A stretch of 64,000 bases of DNA, from the NCBI GenBank assembly GCA_964386765.1, contig CAYLUC010000004.1, positions 1,799 through 65,798 of the forward strand, written 5' to 3'. Of this stretch, positions 49,805-58,317 are shown one piece after another (the first letter of the stretch is position 1; each line of letters begins with the position of its first letter). Below the pieces are notes generated by a model. The model made no database searches and was not told where the DNA came from. It saw only the letters and a program-made list of their open reading frames with translations. The DNA is from an uncultured Candidatus Poseidoniales archaeon. GTDB taxonomy: Archaea > Thermoplasmatota > Poseidoniia > Poseidoniales > Thalassarchaeaceae. Both the position numbers and the translations under genes were made by a program.

Positions 49805-50170
49805 ATGGCACACCCTGAATCAGAGGGGAGAGCCTCCGATTCCCCAGACAATGAGGCGTTCCTTTCCCGTGGGGAGCAGAGGCAGCGGGCCCTCGAGAGA
49901 ATCAAGGCGGCAGCCGATCAGAGGAGGCACGACAGGGCCCAGAGGATCCTGGCCCAGGAGGGGGAGAGCCTTGCAATCACCATCGGCAGGGTGGTCTACG
50001 TCTCTGCGTGCATGCTCTTCGATGGCCTCATCCTCACTGAGATCATCGTGTACCTGGGTAGGACGGCGTCAGCATGGGCGGCCTTCTTCCTCGTTCTCGC
50101 ATTAGCAGTCAAACTGCAATTGTCACTCTACGACAGGTTCTTCTCAGTAGACATCACGAATCTTGAGTAG
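49805..50170 (+). CDS. Small membrane protein (charged helix plus 2 TM)
   Basis: ORF follows dppF; start uncertain (49730, 49784 or 49805). Confidence 0.6.
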   Translation: MAHPESEGRASDSPDNEAFLSRGEQRQRALERIKAAADQRRHDRAQRILAQEGESLAITIGRVVYVSACMLFDGLILTEIIVYLGRTASAWAAFFLVLALAVKLQLSLYDRFFSVDITNLE

Positions 50171-51443
50171 CAGGTGAGATTGGAAACAGCTCGCTGTCTA
50201 TCCTCTCGAACCTCCTGAAGGAAGGCACGACCAATCCTGAGGTTGTTGTCAGTATCATGAATCCGACAGCCAGGGAGTAAGTGGTTAGGACGTTGGTCGC
50301 CTCTATCATCCACCCTCCGAGGAGCGGGGAGAGTGGGATGAATATCAGAGAGCCAATTGCGTCGAGCGAGTTCACCCTGCCCCTCAGGTGCTGATCGACA
50401 CTGTCTGACATCGTGGTCCTCCATATGACTCCAAGCGTCCCGCCCAGAATCCCCTCTAGGAAGACGAATACGAGTATCGCCCAGAATGGGATCGGCATGG
50501 CCCACATGAGCATGCACCAGGCTATTCCTCCGATGAACACGTAGAAGACCATTCCACGGTGCTCCTTCGGAATCGGCCATATCCCGCCTATGGCCGAGCC
50601 AACCATCGCTCCTGCGGCCCCCAATGCGCCGAAGAACCCGAACTCAGCCGCACCCAGCCCCTTGTTCTCGATGATGAACGGGATACCTATCTCAATCGCC
50701 GAGTCGCCTATGTGCCAAATCATGAACATCACTATCCCCGCGAAAAGCCATGGTTGTGTCTTCACGAATGCCCACGCCTCAGTAACCTCCTCCCTCAGGC
50801 TCGAATCACCGTCATCCCTGTCCACGGGGATCTCAGGCAGGGTCCAGAGTATCGCAGCGCTAACTAGGAAGGTCAAAGCATCGACCAACAGACACAGCTC
50901 GATGCCCCAATTCCCAACTATGATGCCTCCTATCAACGGCCCCAGCATCCAAGCAGCAGTCATCGCCACCCCTCTCATTGCGTTGGCCTGCGGCAGGTCT
51001 TCTTCGGCTACAAGGTCCGGAACAAGCGCCCCCACTGCTGGTATGGAGAAAGCACCCGCTCCCCCTGTTAGGAAAGTGATGACCAGGAGTGTGGCGAACT
51101 CGTTCAACCCCGCTACCAGACCGACTATTGCAATCGTGACGAGGACGAACTGGCATAGGTCCGCCACAAGGGCGACAGTTCTGCGAGGGAGCCTGTCCAC
51201 CACTGCCCCGCCATAGAGCAGGAGGGGCAGGTGCCCGAGAAAATATGCGGTGAAAATCAGGCCGTACGCCTTGGGCCCACCACTCTGTGCCACGGTCCAA
51301 CCCATGCCAATTATGAAAATCGAGCCACCGAGCATGTTGATTCCATTGCCGATAATGAAGCGTCTGAAATCCCTCTGTTCCCAGACCTTCCTCATGCTCA
51401 TGCTCCAATCCGGAGACTCCCGGCTATCAACCTGCCTTGGCAA
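50154..51443 (-). CDS. MFS transporter (MFS_3/DHA3-like)
   Basis: 12 TMs; GGAVVDRLPRR, P.LV...DL..AN, GP.IGG, DA.TFL.SA and LRGRVNS motifs. Confidence 0.9.
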   Translation of the reverse strand: MPRQVDSRESPDWSMSMRKVWEQRDFRRFIIGNGINMLGGSIFIIGMGWTVAQSGGPKAYGLIFTAYFLGHLPLLLYGGAVVDRLPRRTVALVADLCQFVLVTIAIVGLVAGLNEFATLLVITFLTGGAGAFSIPAVGALVPDLVAEEDLPQANAMRGVAMTAAWMLGPLIGGIIVGNWGIELCLLVDALTFLVSAAILWTLPEIPVDRDDGDSSLREEVTEAWAFVKTQPWLFAGIVMFMIWHIGDSAIEIGIPFIIENKGLGAAEFGFFGALGAAGAMVGSAIGGIWPIPKEHRGMVFYVFIGGIAWCMLMWAMPIPFWAILVFVFLEGILGGTLGVIWRTTMSDSVDQHLRGRVNSLDAIGSLIFIPLSPLLGGWMIEATNVLTTYSLAVGFMILTTTSGLVVPSFRRFERIDSELFPISPATQDS

Positions 51444-51460
51444 TATTGGGACTCATCCTA

Positions 51461-51640
51461 ATTTCGCAAATTGAACATTTGAGCCCAAGTCATAAATATT
51501 GTCAAACTCGTGAATAGTTAACGGCAATATTATCTGAAATTATTATTCATATGTTCACTATTTTTTGATATTTATGTAATTACTATTAGAATACAGTAAT
51601 TTGAGTGCTCATACATTCATATAATAAACCGCGTGATATT
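51461..51640. promoter_or_regulatory. AT-rich divergent promoter region with an inverted repeat upstream of glnII
   Basis: Appears to be the most AT-rich stretch of the window; AATTACT-N10-AGTAATT at 51578-51601 and TATA-like TATAATAAA at 51620-51628. Confidence 0.55.
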
Positions 51641-51651
51641 GGACTGCCCTT

Positions 51652-52659
51652 ATGACGACCAAATCTAAACTGGAATACATCTGGCTGGATGGATTCGAAC
51701 CGACACAGAGCATGAGAAGCAAGACGCTGATTAGATCCGACTTCGGAGGGACGGTGGCCGAGTGCCCCATGTGGTCCTTCGACGGGTCCTCCACACTACA
51801 GGCAGAGGGCGGAGACTCGGACTGCCTACTCAAGCCAGTCGCAATCTACCCCGACCCAGACCGAATTAACGGCTATCTGGTAATGTGCGAGGTCCTGAAT
51901 GCAGATAGCACCCCCCATGCCTCAAATGGCAGGGCCACCATCGAGGAGGACGACGACGACTTTTGGTTCGGATACGAGCAGGAGTACTTCCTGTGGGACC
52001 CAGAGTCAAACCTTCCATACGGCTTCCCCCGAGACCAGACCCCCCAGGGGCAGTTCTACTGCTCGGTGGGTGCGATGAACACATTCGGCAGGGACATCAT
52101 CGAGGCGCACTTGGACATGTGCCTGGAGGCCGGCCTCAATGTTGAGGGAATCAACGCAGAGGTGGCCGTCGGACAGTGGGAGTACCAGATTTTCGCGAAG
52201 GGGGCCAAGGACGCAGGAGATCAGATCTGGGTCTCCCGATATCTGGCCGAGAGGAATGCAGAGAAGTACGGACTCGCGATAGAATGGCACCCCAAGCCAC
52301 TGGGCGCCACTGACTGGAATGGCTCTGGGATGCACGTCAACTTCAGTGATGGCAAGATGCGGGACGTCGGCGGCGAGAAGCTGCTGAGCGAGATCTGCGA
52401 GGCCTTCGGAAAGAACATCAAGAAGCACATGGACGTCTATGGCGCCCACAACGAGCAGAGGCTAACCGGACTCCACGAGACCCAGTCAATACACGAGTTC
52501 TCATACGGAGTCTCCGACAGGGGCGCTTCCATCAGGATCCCGATTGGAACAATCGAGGACGGCTGGAAGGGGAGGCTCGAGGACAGGAGGCCATCATCAA
52601 ACGGTGACCCATACAAGATTGGGGCGGTCGTGATTAGTACAACCAAGTCAGCATACTGA
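51652..52659 (+). CDS. glnII: Glutamine synthetase type II
   Basis: 335 aa; LEYIWLDG, WSFDGSST.QA.G..SD, WFGYEQEY, PQG.FYC.VG, GINAEV..GQWE.Q, DWNGSG.H.NFS, RLTG.HET and LEDRRP.SN.DPY motifs. Confidence 0.93.
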   Translation: MTTKSKLEYIWLDGFEPTQSMRSKTLIRSDFGGTVAECPMWSFDGSSTLQAEGGDSDCLLKPVAIYPDPDRINGYLVMCEVLNADSTPHASNGRATIEEDDDDFWFGYEQEYFLWDPESNLPYGFPRDQTPQGQFYCSVGAMNTFGRDIIEAHLDMCLEAGLNVEGINAEVAVGQWEYQIFAKGAKDAGDQIWVSRYLAERNAEKYGLAIEWHPKPLGATDWNGSGMHVNFSDGKMRDVGGEKLLSEICEAFGKNIKKHMDVYGAHNEQRLTGLHETQSIHEFSYGVSDRGASIRIPIGTIEDGWKGRLEDRRPSSNGDPYKIGAVVISTTKSAY

Positions 52660-53583
52660 CTTCAGTATCCCGACTACCTCGTCCGCGCACCCCCAAGAGA
52701 GGGTCACCCCGGCTCCTCCATGGCCATAGTTGTGGATGACCAGTTTGTCCCCGATGCTCTCTGATTCCAAGCGAACCTCATAGCGGGAAGGCCTGAGCCC
52801 AACTCCCACCCCTACTATCTTGTCCCTGTCGAGTTCTGGCCACAGGGCTTCGCACTTGCCGAGGATGTACTCGGTGTCCTCTTCCCTGGCCCCCATCTCC
52901 CAGTCTCCCTTCTGGGCAGTACCACCAAGGACTGTGACGTCTCTCCGTGGTATGGTGTAAGTGAGGGCCTCTGGCTGCTGGTCGAACCTCCCGAACCCAG
53001 GGTCCTGTTCGATGTAGATGACCTGCCCCCTGACAGGGACGACAGAGTCATCTGCGCATAATTCCCTAGCACCTATTCCTGTGCAGTTTACCACGACATT
53101 CCCTTCTATTTCCTCAATATTGTCTACTTCTTGGATTTCTATGGCTCCCCCCAGATCTTCAAATCTAGATTTCAGCCATGGCATGTACAGGGGCATTTCA
53201 ATTACCGGGGCCTCTATTTCCCATCCGAATGAATAACCTCCCATTATTTCAGAGTCATCAAGGATTCTGAAATGGGGAATGTCGTCACTCCACCCGGGCG
53301 ATTCGCATTCTTCGGCTAGGTATTCCCTCCCTAGTCTCATGGTTATGCAGTCTACACTCTCTTCTGACATCAGTCTGACTAGTTCGTCGAATGTCTCGGA
53401 TGACCATCGATCCGTCTTCTCCAATGGCTCTGCAAGGAATGGATACCACCACGCTGCTGCAGTATCAGAAACCGTTTCGGGACTGAGCTTGTCTGTGACA
53501 ATGGTAACATTGAATCCGGCTTCAAGAAGCCTAATTCCCGTGCTCAGACCAGAGACTCCGGCACCAATGACCTTCACTTCCAT
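52648..53583 (-). CDS. D-amino-acid oxidase (DAO/DDO family)
   Basis: VIGAGVSGLS, SDTAAAWW, VVNCTGIGA, P.RGQ, GLRP.R and IHNYGHGG.G.TLSWG.A motifs. Confidence 0.9.
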   Translation of the reverse strand: MEVKVIGAGVSGLSTGIRLLEAGFNVTIVTDKLSPETVSDTAAAWWYPFLAEPLEKTDRWSSETFDELVRLMSEESVDCITMRLGREYLAEECESPGWSDDIPHFRILDDSEIMGGYSFGWEIEAPVIEMPLYMPWLKSRFEDLGGAIEIQEVDNIEEIEGNVVVNCTGIGARELCADDSVVPVRGQVIYIEQDPGFGRFDQQPEALTYTIPRRDVTVLGGTAQKGDWEMGAREEDTEYILGKCEALWPELDRDKIVGVGVGLRPSRYEVRLESESIGDKLVIHNYGHGGAGVTLSWGCADEVVGILKSVC

Positions 53584-53663
53584 GCACTCTCATGCGGGTA
53601 CAGCAAATTATTCCGCCGGTAGGCAATCATCTTTAGCCAGCCCCCGGTCCACTTGGCGTTGAC

Positions 53664-53852
53664 ATGCCCAAGATAAGAAGGCCCAGGAAGGGTTGGTGGA
53701 GACCGGAGAGGTACAAGCGCATCTTCCGTTCCACCAAGGTCAAACCGAGTGAGAAGGGACTCCCTCCCTGTCCGGCCTGTGGAGAATGGAGTATGCAGCG
53801 GGATGGGGCGAGGAACGAACTCTTCTGCGGCCTCTGCGGTGCCGTTCTCTGA
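53664..53852 (+). CDS. Basic Zn-ribbon microprotein
   Basis: 62 aa; Arg/Lys/Trp-rich N-terminus followed by CPAC-x15-CGLC; weak TATA-like element about 28 nt upstream. Confidence 0.65.
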   Translation: MPKIRRPRKGWWRPERYKRIFRSTKVKPSEKGLPPCPACGEWSMQRDGARNELFCGLCGAVL

Positions 53853-53890
53853 TTCGCCAAGACAATACGCAACTGCCCCTCTCGAGGTAT

Positions 53891-53957
53891 TGTCGCAGTG
53901 ATGAGGAACCGCACCGGGTGCCTTGGGCATCAAGAGTGATGGGCGATCTGAGCGGCA
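53891..53957 (+). ncRNA. Candidate box C/D guide sRNA
   Basis: Terminal stem TGTCGC/GCGGCA flanks box C GTGATGA (53898-53904) and box D CTGA (53948-53951); central hairpin TGCC-TTG-GGCA; intergenic. Confidence 0.65.
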
Positions 53958-54749
53958 CTAGAGATAGGTCACAACCAGTGCCATTGTGTTCCACATTGCA
54001 TGAGCGGCAATACCCGGCAATAGGCTACCAGTTCTTATCCTGATCCAACCGTAGATTACGCCTCCAATGGTTGCCATACCTATGGTGAAAGGATCAAGAT
54101 GGACGAGTCCAAAAATCACGGCACTAATTAGTATCGCGGGCCATTGCCCATGCATCCTGTTAATCGAGTCCAATAGGTACCCTCTGAAAAAAAGCTCCTC
54201 GGAAATAGGGGTCATTATGCATATGCTGATGAAAGCTAGCAATATTGCCAGGTTTGATGACTCCCAGGTTGTTCCTATGTCCGTGTTCGTCCCCGGCTCT
54301 CCAAAAAATAATACAAATAACATTGCATATGTGAACACCAAGATGTTGTCAACAATTAGTGCTATTATGGGGATTCCAAGAATCATCGTCACAGCTCTTT
54401 TTGGGGAACCGAATCTGAGTAATTCTCTAGTTCTGGAAATACTGCCGTCCAGGTAGATGAAAAGTAGTATCAGGGGGATGACAACGATCTGTGTCAGGAG
54501 GAAGCCGATGGAGAGGGCGGCCCCCTCCCCGACTCCAACAATCATCAATGGGAAGATAGTCAGCAACAAGCCGACAAAAGTTGCACCCATGTACGCTATT
54601 ACGGAGGAGACTACAATTACCCAAGATGCGAATTTATTTTCACTAAGTCCTTCGGACGAGTAATCAATAGGTGGAGAAATTGGAAAAATTGGTCTACTGT
54701 TGGAGAAATTCACAAACGCCCTAGTCAGAGGCCCAATTCCATCTCCCAT
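53958..54749 (-). CDS. CPBP/Abi family intramembrane glutamic protease
   Basis: PISEELFFRG, FGLVH and H..WN motifs. Confidence 0.9.
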   Translation of the reverse strand: MGDGIGPLTRAFVNFSNSRPIFPISPPIDYSSEGLSENKFASWVIVVSSVIAYMGATFVGLLLTIFPLMIVGVGEGAALSIGFLLTQIVVIPLILLFIYLDGSISRTRELLRFGSPKRAVTMILGIPIIALIVDNILVFTYAMLFVLFFGEPGTNTDIGTTWESSNLAILLAFISICIMTPISEELFFRGYLLDSINRMHGQWPAILISAVIFGLVHLDPFTIGMATIGGVIYGWIRIRTGSLLPGIAAHAMWNTMALVVTYL

Positions 54750-54863
54750 ATACTTGCACCACGCCTCGATATATTCACTTATTCCCCCACAAGTGTTTCT
54801 TCAGTCTCCGTTGTGGGGAATCATTCATGACTGGAACTTGGCGGAGGGCGTACGGTTGCACCC

Positions 54864-55604
54864 ATGCTTGAGCTGTCTAGTGACCAGACAATTTCACTGG
54901 CACTAGTCCTATCCCTTCTCCTCGTGACTAAGGTCAGAGATATGCTAGACACGAGCGGCATTACAATGGCAATGATTGTCGGACTGGTGGTCTCATTGAT
55001 GGGGCATTGGACGTGGCTGGTTATCCTAATCAGCTTCCTGATAATTGGCTCAACGGCAACAAAGTGGAGATTCGAGGAGAAGCTCGCACTATCGATAGCG
55101 GAGGAAAATGAAGGAACTAGGGGGTGGAGGAACGTTCTCGCCAATGGGGCTGCCCCGATGGTCGTGGCCATATCCCACTGGTCATTCGGTGACTCCAGTT
55201 GGGACTATCTGGCACTCTGCTCATGCGTTTCCGTGGCCTGCTCGGACACACTGGCTTCTGAGATCGGTTCACTCGATATGCGGACTCGTAGCATAATCAA
55301 CCTACAGGCAGTTCCACCGGGCACTAATGGCGGAATGTCTCCGACAGGCACCGTTGCCGCCCTTGCGGGGGCAGTGATAATTGGGGTATTCTCAGTAGCA
55401 GTTGCCCCTACAGCAGGCGACGAGACCTCCGCTTTTCTCCTATTCTCAATAGTCTCAACGATAGGCTGGCTGGGGTGCCAGATAGACTCGCTTCTAGGCG
55501 CGCTATTGGAGAACAGGGGTTACATGGGAAAGCACACTGTGAATCTCCTTGCAACACTGTCGGGAGCTGCGCTTGCAGTACTGGCCAGTATCCAGTTCCT
55601 ATAG
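54864..55604 (+). CDS. DUF92/TIGR00297 membrane protein (VTE6/TMEM19-like)
   Basis: R...NVLANG, SDTLASEIG, VPPGTNGG.S..GT.A, DSLLGA.LE and VNL.AT motifs. Confidence 0.88.
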   Translation: MLELSSDQTISLALVLSLLLVTKVRDMLDTSGITMAMIVGLVVSLMGHWTWLVILISFLIIGSTATKWRFEEKLALSIAEENEGTRGWRNVLANGAAPMVVAISHWSFGDSSWDYLALCSCVSVACSDTLASEIGSLDMRTRSIINLQAVPPGTNGGMSPTGTVAALAGAVIIGVFSVAVAPTAGDETSAFLLFSIVSTIGWLGCQIDSLLGALLENRGYMGKHTVNLLATLSGAALAVLASIQFL

Positions 55605-55651
55605 GAACTGCTAGCCGTTGGGTTTGAACGCCACCCCCCTCAGGGACGTCC

Positions 55652-57991
55652 ATGGGACGGAGGCGTGCAAGTGCCATTCCAACTCTCGTTCTAGCGCCAA
55701 TATTGGTCTGTGTTCTGCTGGCCTCATCCATTTCACTGGGCCAATCGTCAACCACTCCCGATGGACCAGGCGAGGAGTGGGAGCTCCCAGAGCAGCACAT
55801 GATTTTCCTGAAGGGCGAGGAGCAGAGCCCCTTCTTGGATAGGAACTGGTCAGTCCTGACAGGCGAGCCCCTGGGGAGGGCAGAGTTCACCAGGGCAAGC
55901 TCTTCACTTTCGCCGAATCTAATCGACATTCAGTCAGCGCCCTTGTCCGAGGCATTGAGGTTCGAGGGCAATATTACCGTTCAGCTCTTTGCATCCCTGG
56001 AGTCCTCGAACGATGGTTGCAGGATCTCAAACGTCCTACCGGGTTCTGCAGGTGCAGAGACCTCTTTCACAGTATCACTCAGTCTGGGGACATCAGCAGT
56101 ATTGACCAACGCGGTCACTAACTCCATGGCCATGGAAGAGTCATTCCTGCTAGCTCACCTTTTCACTGTCCAGGCGACAGACGTCAATGTTTCACTCGCT
56201 CCGGGGGACATGATATCTCTGAAGGTAGATGTTCAACACGATTGTCTACAGGGAGGAGTCCTCTGGTGGGGATCTTTCGATGCAAGGACGGGAATAGTTC
56301 TCGATGGCGAAATACTTGATCCGTCTCTGGAAGTAGTGATCGACTCAAACAGGATGGCGAGAGTCCAGTTCACCCCCCTCTCTCCTTGGGGGCAAGGGGA
56401 TTTCGACTGGCAGGTTCTCGAGATAGTGGGGCCAATGGATTGGGACGAGATGATTCATGGCAATGGCGATGAGGACCAGAGGGCGGAACATTTCGAGATA
56501 CCTCATAGTATGATGATCGGCGACGCCAACAGGACTGTCAGAGTCTGGTCTTCCGAGAAGCCGTTGGCCCCTGGGAAGTACATGATTGACGGGTGTTTTG
56601 TTCTGACTGACCAGCATCCAGGCGATACATGTCATGCAGTAGGCGTTCTGAGATTCGAGGTCCCTGAGGACATAGACCCCCTATTGAACGGGTTCTGGGC
56701 CGCAATTATCGTGCCACTCTCCATAGTTGGGTGGATAGGTTTCTCGATTAGGGAGGCTGCTATGCCACTGCCGGCCTATGCCGTCATACTGTTGCTTGCC
56801 ATAGCTGCATTGGGCCCCGCCTCACAACTTCCAGACATAGATACTGAGGCCAACGGGGGGAGGGGAGCAGCGCCCTCTTTCGTTCTGATTTCCCATGGTG
56901 GAGATGAGGTCTCAGTCTCTTTGGACGAATTACTCGATGGTTCTGATGCAGTGGTGATAGGCCTCTTCCAGGCAGGATCTCCCTATGCAGAGCATCAGAG
57001 GAGCGATTTTGAGTCCGCGATGATTGTATTGGAGAGGGACGTTGAGTTCGTACAGATAGCAACAGGGAAAGACCTCCAAGCGGTAAACATAGATGGGCAT
57101 GCTGTCGTAATTAATGAGTCATGGCCACTGCTACTTGACGAGGCCGACTCTAGTATTGGAGCAAGCCTCCCGAGTGGTCCCACTGATGCTGTGATAGTCA
57201 TCGATCCAGCTGGCTTCGTCACTTCGTGGAGCCCGGGGACCATGTCCTCAGAGGAGATTAAGCAGGCCGTTGAATCTGGGATCAGGGGTTCGGGAAATAG
57301 CCCCCTAGATTTACTTTCGATGCTATTCACATTCTCCCTCTTGCCCCTATTCATACTCGCACTGCCCTCTGGCAGGGAGGATGAGCCCAATGAGGACATG
57401 AATCCCTTCGCCAGCTCAATAATGACGGCCACTGCCGCCTCAACTGGATTTGCTGTTTGGGCACTTCCAGTGGCCCTACTGGCATACTTGGGAATTTCAC
57501 CATCTTGGCTTATCGTCGAGATATTGCTCTCAATACTGCTGACTTACCACGGCCTAGCAATTCTCACTTCGGGGAAGATAGCAGAGATTGAGTTCGTCGC
57601 CTCCCTTGTTCATTCCAAACTTCCTGAAGAATATGGGCAGTGGAGGGACGGGGGGGAATTCAACAAGGACGCCTATCTCGGCCTCTGGCTCGCATGGCTT
57701 GCATGGATCAGTACTCCCTACTTGATACCCCAAGGGGTCGGCGCGGTTGCCCTATCCGGGCCTTTCGGACTATTTCTCTCGATTTTCCTGTTGCTCGCAT
57801 TCGTGGTATCAGCTGGAGTGACTGTCTCATTGTCTAGGGCCATTTCAGCCATGCCGGGCCCCATTTCGTTGTCACTCGGACAGATTAGCATGGGAATTCG
57901 TCCTAGGGCGTGGGGCATGGCCTCATTGGTATTCGGCATCTGGATGGCAGTAAGTCTGATCGTATTGTCTTCGCAGACTGGCCTCACTTAG
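55652..57991 (+). CDS. Multidomain membrane protein: extracellular beta domain, redoxin-like domain lacking CxxC, and TM bundle
   Basis: Signal peptide; AAPSF.L...VSL.EL, WPLLLD and IVIDPAG.V redoxin-like pattern; 6-8 TMs. Confidence 0.65.
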   Translation: MGRRRASAIPTLVLAPILVCVLLASSISLGQSSTTPDGPGEEWELPEQHMIFLKGEEQSPFLDRNWSVLTGEPLGRAEFTRASSSLSPNLIDIQSAPLSEALRFEGNITVQLFASLESSNDGCRISNVLPGSAGAETSFTVSLSLGTSAVLTNAVTNSMAMEESFLLAHLFTVQATDVNVSLAPGDMISLKVDVQHDCLQGGVLWWGSFDARTGIVLDGEILDPSLEVVIDSNRMARVQFTPLSPWGQGDFDWQVLEIVGPMDWDEMIHGNGDEDQRAEHFEIPHSMMIGDANRTVRVWSSEKPLAPGKYMIDGCFVLTDQHPGDTCHAVGVLRFEVPEDIDPLLNGFWAAIIVPLSIVGWIGFSIREAAMPLPAYAVILLLAIAALGPASQLPDIDTEANGGRGAAPSFVLISHGGDEVSVSLDELLDGSDAVVIGLFQAGSPYAEHQRSDFESAMIVLERDVEFVQIATGKDLQAVNIDGHAVVINESWPLLLDEADSSIGASLPSGPTDAVIVIDPAGFVTSWSPGTMSSEEIKQAVESGIRGSGNSPLDLLSMLFTFSLLPLFILALPSGREDEPNEDMNPFASSIMTATAASTGFAVWALPVALLAYLGISPSWLIVEILLSILLTYHGLAILTSGKIAEIEFVASLVHSKLPEEYGQWRDGGEFNKDAYLGLWLAWLAWISTPYLIPQGVGAVALSGPFGLFLSIFLLLAFVVSAGVTVSLSRAISAMPGPISLSLGQISMGIRPRAWGMASLVFGIWMAVSLIVLSSQTGLT

Positions 57992-58056
57992 GATTTCATG
58001 GCACAATGACCGTGAGCATCATAAGAGTGAGGCCCTACCGAGTATCACTTCCTTAG

Positions 58057-58244
58057 GGGGGTATAGTATAACCTGGTAGTACCGCGGGCTCCAGTTGCAC
58101 GGGAATGACGACGAGTGGGTTTCTGATGGCTTTGATGACCAACTGGAGCACCGACCCGTCGCAAACCGAAAGCGTGCGCCTGCCGGGTGCACGCTAAGCG
58201 GAAGATACCCGCTGATCTGGGTTCAAATCCCAGTGCCCCCACCA
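58057..58244 (+). tRNA. tRNA-Trp(CCA) with a 112-nt intron (58095-58206)
   Basis: GGGGGTA/TGCCCCC stem, GCGGG-CT-CCA-G|intron|A-CCCGC, TTCAAAT T-loop and encoded CCA. Confidence 0.95.
58095..58206 (+). ncRNA. Intron-encoded box C/D guide RNA of pre-tRNA-Trp
   Basis: Box C ATGACGA at 58105, D' CTGA at 58123, C' TTGATGA at 58132 and D CCGA at 58151. Guide AACTGGAGC is complementary to GCTCCAGTT, and the N+5 rule gives C34. Confidence 0.9.
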
Positions 58245-58317
58245 ATATCACGGCATTCAGCCATTGCGAGGGACTTGGATAGGTCGAATTGAAGAAACAC
58301 CCTCCATTCGCAACACC

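Noticed and set aside
41433..53583. Integrative island at tRNA-Ala
   Set aside because: No integrase or transposase, and no convincing duplicated tRNA 3' end was seen (only a 9-nt match inside dppA near 43602).
58045..58292. ORFs 58045-58251 and 58095-58292
   Set aside because: They overlap tRNA-Trp and its intron.
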